Source of the DNA: Candidatus Terraquivivens tengchongensis
GTDB lineage: Archaea > Thermoproteota > Nitrososphaeria_A > Caldarchaeales > Wolframiiraptoraceae
DNA: 64,000 nucleotides
Direction: 5' to 3'
Assembly (NCBI GenBank): GCA_023261845.1
Contig: JALNJZ010000002.1
Location: 128,001 to 192,000 of the forward strand
A program made the translations under genes and the position numbers. Under the pieces are notes generated by a model. That model was not told the origin of the DNA. It did no database searches and saw only the letters and a list, made by a program, of their open reading frames with translations. Positions 30,418-39,732 of the stretch are shown here, piece by piece (positions within the stretch are counted from its first letter, which is position 1; each line of letters begins with the position of its first letter).

Positions 30418-31253
30418 GGAGTAAGTATAGCTTTCCTGAATTCTCCTACCAACTTCTCCAGACTCGCCTTCCGCTCCGTAAGCTCGTTTATATCGTTTAA
30501 CAGCTCTGCTTTCTTTACCTCTAACCTAGAAATTTCTTCGCTCATCTCCCGCATCCTATTTTCTAACTCACGTGTCATCTCTTCGCGCTCCTTTATTTTC
30601 ATAAGAGCGTCCGATAACTCCCTCTCCCTTTTTGCGATCCTTTCAAGTCTTATCTCTTTTAGCTTAAACATGCGGTTTATCTTATTTACCTCTTCGTCAA
30701 TCTTATGTAGCATTCCCTCTAACGATACCAAGTAACGCTGGGATAGGTCTTTAAGTTCCGCCTCTATTCTGTTTTTCTTCTCTTCGAGCTCCCTAACATA
30801 CGCGTCAAAGTTTGATAATTTATGCTCCTTCTCTTCAAGGTCCGCCTTCCACTTCTTCAACTCGTTTTTGAGAATCTCGAGCTCACTCTTTTCTTTAATT
30901 AACTTCTCTACATCTTCTCTAAGCATTGCTCTTTCTCGTGAGAGCAGCTCTAAAACATCATTAAGACCTTCTTTGATGGAATCGAACCATTCTTTATATT
31001 CCTTTATAACTTTCAACTCCTTAACGATACTTTCTGCGCTTTCTGCTGCTTCGCTTACTCTTGCTAAGAATTCCTCCGGGAATGTTCTTTCTCGTGAAAG
31101 TTCCTTAACATTTTCTGAAATTTCGATAAGTGTTCTCTCAAGCGAACTAACCCTTCTATCCATTTTCTCTTCGAGTTGGAGCCTAAGTTCCTCTAACTCT
31201 CTTCTAAACTCATTAAGGATCTCTTCTTTGGACTTTCCTCCAAGAAAACCCAT
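30414..31253 (-). CDS. Long coiled-coil protein
   Basis: 279 aa, E/K/L/R-rich continuous heptads, N-terminal MGFLGGK. Confidence 0.75.
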   Translation of the reverse strand: MGFLGGKSKEEILNEFRRELEELRLQLEEKMDRRVSSLERTLIEISENVKELSRERTFPEEFLARVSEAAESAESIVKELKVIKEYKEWFDSIKEGLNDVLELLSRERAMLREDVEKLIKEKSELEILKNELKKWKADLEEKEHKLSNFDAYVRELEEKKNRIEAELKDLSQRYLVSLEGMLHKIDEEVNKINRMFKLKEIRLERIAKRERELSDALMKIKEREEMTRELENRMREMSEEISRLEVKKAELLNDINELTERKASLEKLVGEFRKAILTP

Positions 31254-31378
31254 TTTGGTTCACGAAAGTTTGTATAAAGCTCATATAAAAGCATACAGGG
31301 CATAAGCGAGGGTTAATTTTAAAATTAAGGTTACAATTAAAATATTTAATAAACAAGAAAAACTAACAAGAAGGTTGA

Positions 31379-32074
31379 GTGGTGGGTTTGGCGGTTTCAT
31401 CCCAAGCAGTATTGGGGCGGTTTTTTAAGCTAGCGTTGATTGTGACAGGAATAGGTGCGATCCATATCCTCACGCTATTCATGTCTTGGTACACGGTCGT
31501 GTCAGATACGATAACCACAACCACCATACAGGGATATGCCATCGCTGAGTCTCTTTACATGTCAATCGCAGGGGGTATAGTTTGCGGAATTGCTCTTATA
31601 CTGTCCTCCACTTCATCGAATATAATAACTGCGAAGTGGCTCGTCGGAGCTACTGCACTTGTCGGAGCTCTTCTCGCAATAACATCACCAGCTTATACGC
31701 ACTTCATAGTAATACCTGCGCTACAGGCAAAGGGGTATTTAGAAATAGGAATATTCATGTCATACTTTTCAGCAATAGCGATGTTTGTCCCTGCCGCCAC
31801 TATAATAGCAACACCCATTAGGGTCGAAGTAGCACCTCACGTCGGGCCTCCTTATCTTGGGACTTCAGCCCCGATTGTTGAGGAAGCTGTTGAACTGACA
31901 CATGTAATCGATATACCTCCCGGTGCTATTTGCGGGATATGTTACCAAGAATTGGACCCAGAAACCACCATGATGTGTAGCAATTGCCAGACGATGTTTC
32001 ATAAAGGTTGCATCGATATCTGGGTAAACTTAAACGGTACGTGTCCAAGCTGTAAGAAGCCCGTAGTCAGATAA
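31379..32074 (+). CDS. Multi-pass membrane protein with C-terminal RING finger (putative membrane E3 ligase)
   Basis: About 4 hydrophobic helices, then CGIC-x11-CSNC-x4-H-x2-C-x3-W-x6-CPSC. Confidence 0.85.
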   Translation: MVGLAVSSQAVLGRFFKLALIVTGIGAIHILTLFMSWYTVVSDTITTTTIQGYAIAESLYMSIAGGIVCGIALILSSTSSNIITAKWLVGATALVGALLAITSPAYTHFIVIPALQAKGYLEIGIFMSYFSAIAMFVPAATIIATPIRVEVAPHVGPPYLGTSAPIVEEAVELTHVIDIPPGAICGICYQELDPETTMMCSNCQTMFHKGCIDIWVNLNGTCPSCKKPVVR

Positions 32075-32116
32075 ACCTTTTTATATTAAACAAGTATTAC
32101 GTTTACCCTTAGGCGT

Positions 32117-33586
32117 ATGGAATCAACAACCTCGCTATACAACGAGATAGTCAGGCTGGCGCTCGAACGGAACTTCTTCTTCCCATCATCTGAGATATAC
32201 AGTGATGCACCCGCAGGTTTTTACGAATATGGACCGCTGGCAGTATCGATGAAGAACAAGTACATAGAGATATGGCGAAGAGAACTGATTAGAAGAGATG
32301 AGATGGTGGAGATAGACGGCTCTCAGATAATGCCGAAGAGTGTATTTATAGCATCTGGACATCTTGAAAGCTTCACCGATCCTATAACTAGATGCACATC
32401 ATGTAATGCCATCTTTAGAGCTGATAAACTACTTGAGGAAATCTTAGGATTTTCAGTGTCCGAAAGGCTGGCTACGGAGGAGATGGATAAGCTTATCTCA
32501 GAACATAATGTAGCCTGTCCAAAGTGCAAAGGCAAACTTGATAAGGTTTCAAAGTTTAACATGATGTTCAAAGTAAACGTTGGCGTGTCAGGAGATGAAT
32601 GTTACCTCAGGCCAGAAACATGCCAGAGCATCTTCGTCGATTTCCTTAGGATTTACAAAACGATGAGAAAGAAACTTCCATTTGCGATCGCACAATACGG
32701 TAAAAGTTTCAGGAATGAGATATCGCCCAGACAATCTCTGATTAGGCTTAGAGAGTTCTACCAGGCGGAGATCGAGGTATTCTTTAATCCGAAGAAGGCT
32801 AATGATTTACCAAAAGCACGCGAGTATGAGAATTATGTTTTAAGGTTAAAGCCTTTAGAGAAAGATGAGGTCATTAAAGTTTCTTGCAAAGAGAGTGTCG
32901 AGACGGGTCTCATCTCGAGCATGCTCGTAGCCTATTACCTTGCCCTCATCCAACGTTTCTACCAAATTGTAGGCATTGACATGGAACGATTCAGGTTAAG
33001 ACAATTGAGTGACGACGAAAGGGCATTCTATGCGAAGGAGGCATGGGATGTGGAAGTTTTGACGAGCATTGGATGGATAGAGCTTGTTGCCTGTAACAAC
33101 AGGACAGATTACGATCTCTCCGGCCACTCTAGAGTTAGCGGTCAAGATTTGAGCGTTTACGATGACGGTGAGAAAATCATACCACATGTATTCGAACTTT
33201 CCATGGGGGTTGACAGAAGTCTGTTTTGTATATTAGAGCATAGTTATACAAAAGAAAGCGATAGAACGTTATTGAAGCTTCCGCCTATGCTAGCACCAAT
33301 TCAGGTAGCAGTTTTCCCGCTTGTTACCAAGGATGGTTTAGACAAAAAGGCAATGGAGGTCTACGAAGCACTAAAGCTAGACTTTGATGCCATCTATGAC
33401 GATAGCGGCTCTATAGGCAGGCGCTACAGGAGACAAGACGAAATAGGCACACCGTTTTGCGTGACTATAGATTATCAAACAATGGAAAATGAAACCGTTA
33501 CAGTTAGGGATAGAGACACAATGAATCAGGAAAGGGTACCTATCAGGGACCTCAAAAGGTACCTCATGGAAAAGTTAAGATATTGA
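32117..33586 (+). CDS. glyS: Glycine--tRNA ligase (alpha2 type)
   Basis: SGHLESFTDP, YLRPETCQ, GKSFRNEISPRQ..RLREFYQAEIE, SIGRRYRRQDEIGTPFCVTID. Confidence 0.96.
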   Translation: MESTTSLYNEIVRLALERNFFFPSSEIYSDAPAGFYEYGPLAVSMKNKYIEIWRRELIRRDEMVEIDGSQIMPKSVFIASGHLESFTDPITRCTSCNAIFRADKLLEEILGFSVSERLATEEMDKLISEHNVACPKCKGKLDKVSKFNMMFKVNVGVSGDECYLRPETCQSIFVDFLRIYKTMRKKLPFAIAQYGKSFRNEISPRQSLIRLREFYQAEIEVFFNPKKANDLPKAREYENYVLRLKPLEKDEVIKVSCKESVETGLISSMLVAYYLALIQRFYQIVGIDMERFRLRQLSDDERAFYAKEAWDVEVLTSIGWIELVACNNRTDYDLSGHSRVSGQDLSVYDDGEKIIPHVFELSMGVDRSLFCILEHSYTKESDRTLLKLPPMLAPIQVAVFPLVTKDGLDKKAMEVYEALKLDFDAIYDDSGSIGRRYRRQDEIGTPFCVTIDYQTMENETVTVRDRDTMNQERVPIRDLKRYLMEKLRY

Positions 33587-33633
33587 ACAATTAGGATGAG
33601 AAAGGTTTAAAGCAATAATGTTTATTCTTAAAT

Positions 33634-34308
33634 GTGAACGACATGACTCTACCAAGGGATAGAGAAGAAGAATATAGTGCCAGGTTGCTCTCGCTACTAC
33701 AAGACCAAATTCGGAAGGTTATGGAGATGTCTAGGGCAGTCCTTTTGATGATAGAGGATATCATGAATGAAGTTCCCCTTAAAGACATAGAGGCCAGATA
33801 CGATGCAATCTTGAAACTTGACGATGAAGAACGGAACATTAGAAGGATGATAGAAAAGGACATTGCCAACATAGGTGCACTCCTAACGAGCAAGGAGGAT
33901 TTCATAAGACTGATGAATAGTCTCGATAAAATCGCTGACACATCAGAAGGAATTGCTTATAGACTCGTGAGTCTGATAAAGATGAAGTTCAAAATAAACA
34001 AAGACATATTCAAAGGAGTGCTCCAGCTAGGCGAGGCGGTTCATTCGATCCTCGGTAAACTAAGAGAAGCGTTGCTAAGCGTCGCACTTGATTCTGAGAC
34101 TTTCATGAAGAAGGTTGCGGAAATAGATAACGCAGAAAGAGAAATAGACGACATATACAGGAATTTAAGCCTTGTAATCCTTCAGAGCGATATGAAGGTT
34201 GGCCATATGTTCCTCATAAGGGAAATAGTGTCTTTGCTCGAAGAGATAGCGGACAAGGCTGAAGAATCCGTCGAAACATTAAGGACGCTCTCACTCACGG
34301 TGTTTTAG
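33634..34308 (+). CDS. DUF47/PhoU-like helical protein
   Basis: KEDFIRLMNSLDKIAD..EREIDDIYR..LEEIADKAE repeats. Confidence 0.75.
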   Translation: MNDMTLPRDREEEYSARLLSLLQDQIRKVMEMSRAVLLMIEDIMNEVPLKDIEARYDAILKLDDEERNIRRMIEKDIANIGALLTSKEDFIRLMNSLDKIADTSEGIAYRLVSLIKMKFKINKDIFKGVLQLGEAVHSILGKLREALLSVALDSETFMKKVAEIDNAEREIDDIYRNLSLVILQSDMKVGHMFLIREIVSLLEEIADKAEESVETLRTLSLTVF

Positions 34309-34878
34309 TTGACGCATACTTTAAACGATCAAGAGAAGATAGTTGCCGACCTCGTTCAAGACAACATAATAGTGTGGGATGTAAAGAAGGGGAGGGAGCT
34401 CTACAAGTTAGGATGCTACGGAAAACCACTCGGCATACCTAAGCCCAAGAGTTTCGAGTTTGACGCACCACTCATTTTAGACGTGATAGAAGCAGTTTAT
34501 TTGGTAGAGAAAGGAATCATCAGCGTTAAGAAAAACAACTCTTTGATGAAGTTGGATGAGCTGATAGAGTACGGAAAGAAGAATTATGAAAGGTTCGAGG
34601 AGAAGTATTTGGTGTACAAAGACCTGAGGGATAGGGGATTCGTGGTCACACCTGGCATAAAGTTCGGAAGCGACTTCGCGGTATACAAGCACGGCCCAGG
34701 AATAGATCATGCGCCCTTCATAGTCCAGGTCAAGCTCGAAGACGACGAGCTTTCGGCCGCGGATCTGATAAGGGCAGGCAGGCTGGCAACTACCGTCAGG
34801 AAGCGCTTCGTCATAGCCGTCCCGAATCTAATGGATAAAAAGGTCACGTACTTGGCGTTTGAGTGGTGGAAGGCTTAG
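34309..34878 (+). CDS. endA: tRNA-splicing endonuclease, catalytic subunit
   Basis: VYKDLRDRGFVVTPGIKFGSDFAVYKHGPGIDHAP, RLATTVRK (Tyr/His/Lys triad). Confidence 0.93.
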   Translation: MTHTLNDQEKIVADLVQDNIIVWDVKKGRELYKLGCYGKPLGIPKPKSFEFDAPLILDVIEAVYLVEKGIISVKKNNSLMKLDELIEYGKKNYERFEEKYLVYKDLRDRGFVVTPGIKFGSDFAVYKHGPGIDHAPFIVQVKLEDDELSAADLIRAGRLATTVRKRFVIAVPNLMDKKVTYLAFEWWKA

Positions 34879-34902
34879 AGGTCTTTTTGTATTGATGAAA
34901 AA

Positions 34903-34977
34903 CGGGCCCGGCGGGATTCGAACCCGCGACCCCCGACTTAGAAGGCCGGTGCGCTGTCCATTCTGCGCCACGGGCCC
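34903..34977 (-). tRNA. tRNA-Arg(TCT), no encoded CCA
   Basis: GGGCCCG acceptor stem, anticodon arm CCGGC-CTTCTAA-GTCGG, T arm GGTTCGAATCC. Confidence 0.95.
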
Positions 34978-35131
34978 TTTTACGTTGCGAAACACAATAT
35001 TTACGCTGTTTATGTTATGATGGTCGCTGCCTTATAAATATCCTTCTATGAACAGTTTTAGATGTTACTTTCTAAAAATTCGGAAAAATTTTGAAAAAGT
35101 TTTTAAGAATTATAAAGGATCAAAGCCCGAG

Positions 35132-35377
35132 ATGACGGATAAACCTGTTATCGAGACAAGATCGTTAGTAAAGATTTATAGAGCTGGTCCAGTCGAGGTG
35201 CCGGCCCTAGGGGATCGTGAAGAACGTAGAACTTCAGCTCTCTATGAGTCCTGTAATTACGCCTGAACTAATCGTAACTGCTTTACTGTTTGCCGTGTTG
35301 ATAGGTGCTTTAGCAGGGCTGTTGCCCGCATAGAGGATCACAAAGTTAACACCTGTCAAGCTTTACGATATGAATAA
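35132..35377 (+). pseudogene. Collapsed relic of a LolD/MacB-type ABC transporter locus
   Basis: ATPase N-terminus MTDKPVIETRSLVKIYRAGPVEVPAL followed by permease C-terminus ..LIGALAGLLPA*RITKLTPV/ALRYE* with a stop and a frameshift. Confidence 0.7.
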
Positions 35378-35553
35378 CACAATAGTATGACGATAACTCC
35401 TCAAAAGCCCCTTAGCAAACTATAAGGTCTGAGTTGGGGCTTTATATATTGAACATTAACTTCAGCCCCAGCTCTTTAATGACCGAATAAACCAGTTAAA
35501 GCAAAGTCCTTTTATACCAAAAGAATTATATAGGTAATACAGATGAAAAAATC

Positions 35554-36393
35554 ATGCCATATTGTCCCAAATGTGGGAGAGAGGTCTCTCCCGAAGATTC
35601 TTTCTGCAGAAATTGTGGCACCAGTCTGGTTCCTGTTGTTCAATACCCGCCCACACATCCAGTAGTTGCTCCACCACCAAAGTGGAGCAGGAGAAAATTC
35701 ATAGGAGCGGTGGTCGGCATATCAGCTTTGGCTCTGCTTGGGTTTTTTGCGTACCAACAATATGGAAAAGAACTGGAGAAACTTTTTGGTCAGGAGACCA
35801 CGACTACGACAAAGATTGTTACGACTTCGAAGCAGACGACAACAGCCCAACCATATGTTACTACAACAGCTGGCACTACTACAATAACGACCACTACTTC
35901 ACCGTATTCCACTACGACAACAACTACGACGACAACACCTGCTGTAGCATGGCCGAGGGACAAGCCTGAATGGATTGAAAGGGATTGGGAGGAAACAGTT
36001 TATCCTTACTTGGTTGCATACTGTCAAGCTGAGCGTGAAGCTGTTGAAACTACAGTGGTAAACGAAGGAAATGCTACCGCCTACTTTGCTGTATTAGAGC
36101 TTTATGCTCTAGGAAGATATCGTTTTGATGAACCCAACCGTCATCTAGACCACTCTCTAAGAGAGCTTGTACTCTTAAGACGTTTTTCAGGTATAGTCCT
36201 ACATCCTGGAGAGAGAAAGAATTTCCAATTCGTAATAGACGCTCCACCAAAGATTTACGACCCGGTCGTTTGGATATGTTATGACCCAATACTTGACCCG
36301 AAAGGATTTAGTGTAGATAGTAATGCTGAGCTGAGATCCGTAGTTCAAAACAGACATGTGGTTATACGAGGTCGATACGGAATAATTGGGTGA
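35554..36393 (+). CDS. Zinc-ribbon + TM + Thr-rich linker + extracellular domain protein
   Basis: YCPKCG..FCRNCG; SRRKFIG plus hydrophobic helix; poly-Thr linker. Confidence 0.75.
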   Translation: MPYCPKCGREVSPEDSFCRNCGTSLVPVVQYPPTHPVVAPPPKWSRRKFIGAVVGISALALLGFFAYQQYGKELEKLFGQETTTTTKIVTTSKQTTTAQPYVTTTAGTTTITTTTSPYSTTTTTTTTTPAVAWPRDKPEWIERDWEETVYPYLVAYCQAEREAVETTVVNEGNATAYFAVLELYALGRYRFDEPNRHLDHSLRELVLLRRFSGIVLHPGERKNFQFVIDAPPKIYDPVVWICYDPILDPKGFSVDSNAELRSVVQNRHVVIRGRYGIIG

Positions 36394-36399
36394 TTATAC

Positions 36400-38219
36400 A
36401 TGCCAAGGCAAGCCGTTCATATGATTGTTTTGGACGAAGTCATAAGTAGGCTTAGAGTAAGTACAAACCAAGCTGAAAGAAGGATTGGAGATTTGATGTA
36501 TAGAAATAGACAAGCGGCCGTTCTTGGGTGCATAGGTCCTGATATATTCTACTGTGCCCCAGACTTTAACATGATTGGTAAGTTAAGTAATTTCTATAGG
36601 AACTTTAACAACATCATAAATTTGTATAATACGATTGACTTAAAAATAAAGGAGGTTTTTACACTCTTAGGAAATCCTGTTGAAAACACTGTTGGAACAC
36701 TTCTGCCCTCAACGGTAGACATGCTCAAAAGGATTATTGAAGAGATAAAGAGGATGGTTGACCTTTTCAGTTCTATGTTAAATAAGGAACTCTTCAGTGG
36801 CGTTATTGACAGATTTAACCTTCTTGACAATTTATCAAGTCTTCCAAATCTAACGCATTTACTGTTTGATGATTTTATGCCTCCTATGCAGCTTGGTTTT
36901 GATGAAAGGCAATGGTACTGGTTTGATATGCTTCATTGTAGAGAAACTGGTACGTTTGCGAGAAATCTAATTAGACTCGCTGGAAACGATGAAACAAAGC
37001 TTGCGTATGCTTATGGGTACCTAACGCATATAGCAACGGATACGGTAGGTCATCCGTTCATAAATCAAATAGTGGGTGGTCCGTATCGTATGCATCCACA
37101 ACGCTATACCACATGTGAGATTTTCGTAGATTCTTGGGTTTTCTTTGATCGCTTTGGTGAAAGCATAAATACGGGACTCTTAACCAGCTAAACCTCCCCC
37201 AAACCCTTCCAAACGGAATAGCTGATCTTTTACATAGAGCTTTTATAGAGACCTACCAAAACAAATCACATCCATTAAGGATAAACGAAAGCCAAGGAGG
37301 ATTCTTAACGATTGATAATATCAGGTCAACATACGATATCTTTAGATTTAACACCGAGGTTCTTGGAGGCATAACCATAAAACCACCTACAGAACCATTT
37401 AGCGGAGTCCTAGAATTACTAGAAAGGGCACTTGAGAACTTTAAGGGGCCACCATCACCTCCTGAGATTGGAAGACTTTGCAGCATAGAAGAATTCTTCA
37501 GCTCCACGGATTGTATAGAAGGATTTTTCGAATCTATTACGGAATGGCTTGAGTACTTTGGAGAGCTAATTATATGGACAATTGAAACGATATTTTCTCT
37601 GATAGACTTTGTGCTGACAGCTCTGCTAAGCTTACCAATTGCCGTTTTGATGGCTATTCTGTATGGAATTCAATTGGTTATCTATAACCTCTACCGTCAA
37701 GCACGTTCGGTCTTGATGCAAGCTGGACTTCTATGCCCTGAGCCGGATGAGCTACAAACAAGTTATGGGACGAGCCTTGTAACACCTTGCTACTCTCGTT
37801 CATCACCTTTCAAGGGTTATCCACGCGTACACTCCCATTTATTACACAACATTTTATTCCCGAACACAACAGTCGAGGAGCCTGGAACTCTAAGCGCCTT
37901 TTATCAGAGGAATCAGAGTTCTACACCTAGGAAGTTTATTTATGAGGATAGCTTCAGTGAAAGTAACCTGATAGCCTATGCACGTGCTACCAATCCCAAG
38001 GAAACGCGAGATCTCCAAATGAAGGGGCGCTCTATAGGAAATGCTATAAGTTTCTCTTATTGGCTCATCGTAAACTCTTTAAACTCAAATTTAGAGAGTG
38101 TGGTTTACACCAATTGGAACCTGTTTTCTGATAGAGGTTACGGATACAAATGCTGGACAACGAAGCAGAGACTTAGCCATGATAGACCGGTGATGGTTTT
38201 AGACGAGACTTACGTCTGA
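36400..38219 (+). pseudogene. Zinc-dependent phospholipase C/P1-nuclease-like protein, frameshifted at ~37180
   Basis: N-terminal H, LGCIGPD, DMLH, GYLTHIATDTVGHP; the frame from 37179 reads open (LNQLNLPQTLPNG..) into ORF 37611-38219. Confidence 0.65.
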
Positions 38220-38478
38220 CAAACAATCCCTTGACAATGGTGTTTTAGTTCAACTTGGAAGTTTTGCTGTGGGTATTAGACTTGATTAAATGTCCGCCTT
38301 TTACCAATAAATCTGACACGCTGCAGAATTTCTGCAATAGATATATGATTACTTTTACGCGCTTTTATCAAGCATAACGCGGTACTCGTCAAATAAAAAA
38401 TATTCGATGAACATATACGGTATGAGTCATTGATCGCTATCAAACCTATATACTCGATAGTGGTCGGGATGTTTTAAA

Positions 38479-39690
38479 ATGCAGGGCTGGAAGCATCATC
38501 ACACTATATGGCTGACGATGATACTTGGATGGATATCGATATACATGATAAGGATGGCACCCTCAGCCTCTTTGGCAAGCATAAAGCATGAGTTTAACCT
38601 CTCATACACGGAGGCGGGCCTTCTTGTTACTGCGTATTTCTACACTTATTTCCTTGCACAGTTTCCTTCTGGATGGATGGGCGACAAATTCGGCCGAAGG
38701 CGCGTGCTGAGCTTGTCCAGTGTACTGTGGGGCATATTGTCTATCTTCACTGCCCTCGCAAATAACTTCCATCAACTCCTAGCGACAAGGATGGCAACTG
38801 GCGTCGCTCAGGGCTTGTACTTCGGTAACGACCGTCCCATAGTCGCGGCATACACGCCGAAAGGTAGTGCTGGAATAAGTCAAGGTATGTCCTTCATAGG
38901 CATAGGCCTCGGAACGGTCCTCGGTATGTACCTGGGCGGCCTTATAACGTCGTTGATGGGATGGAGGTGGATGTTCATATTCTTCGCTATACCCTCCTTT
39001 ATAGTCTCAATCATGATGTTTATGTTGCTCAAGGACGTCCCCTCGAATGGAGACAATGGCTTGAGATCTTTTTCAGAGTTGCTCAGAAATAGAGACTTCT
39101 TGCTTATGTGCCTCGCTGGCATACCGTGCATATATGCCTTCTGGGTCTTAGCTACATGGGCTCCGACGATGTTCATGGAGATGGGTATAGGTGATATCGC
39201 TATGTCGTCGTTGCTGGCATCCATCATAGGTATGGCAGCAGTTCCAAGCCTAATATCCATGGGCTACCTGAGCGATGCCCTAAAGAAGAGAGGCATAAGG
39301 AGGAAGCTGATAACAGTCTTAGATATAACGTTACTATCACTATTCTTATTCCTGTTCAGTTACGCCCTGTCTATAAACTCGAGCCCGATATTGCTGATAG
39401 CATTTTACGCGGTGATCAGTCTGCTTTACTGGGGTTTCATAGCACCGCTTTACGCCATGCTACAGGAGACAGTTCCTAGCAGACTTCACGGCACAGCCTT
39501 CGGTTTGATGAATGGTATACACTTCACCGGGTCGCTGATATCTCCTTGGCTTACGGGTCTGCTGAGGGACTTGACCGGCAACTTCGTCTGGAGTATTTAC
39601 ATACCTGCTACAATGTTGCTGTTCAGCTCCTTGATAATAGCTTCGGTATCACCGGCCTTTAGCTTCAAGGAGAAGACGACAAAACTTTAG
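38479..39690 (+). CDS. MFS transporter
   Basis: Motif A GWMGDKFGRR, about 12 TM helices. Confidence 0.92.
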   Translation: MQGWKHHHTIWLTMILGWISIYMIRMAPSASLASIKHEFNLSYTEAGLLVTAYFYTYFLAQFPSGWMGDKFGRRRVLSLSSVLWGILSIFTALANNFHQLLATRMATGVAQGLYFGNDRPIVAAYTPKGSAGISQGMSFIGIGLGTVLGMYLGGLITSLMGWRWMFIFFAIPSFIVSIMMFMLLKDVPSNGDNGLRSFSELLRNRDFLLMCLAGIPCIYAFWVLATWAPTMFMEMGIGDIAMSSLLASIIGMAAVPSLISMGYLSDALKKRGIRRKLITVLDITLLSLFLFLFSYALSINSSPILLIAFYAVISLLYWGFIAPLYAMLQETVPSRLHGTAFGLMNGIHFTGSLISPWLTGLLRDLTGNFVWSIYIPATMLLFSSLIIASVSPAFSFKEKTTKL

Positions 39691-39732
39691 CATGTTAGCG
39701 TAAGTTTTATAACTTCCACAAAAAAATTTAAG

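Noticed and set aside
31840-31860. PY-like motif (GPPYL) in the TM-RING linker
   Set aside because: Not a canonical PPxY, and no WW/HECT partner is evident
35795-35940. ACN-rich tandem-like repeats
   Set aside because: Explained by the Thr-rich linker codons of the surface protein
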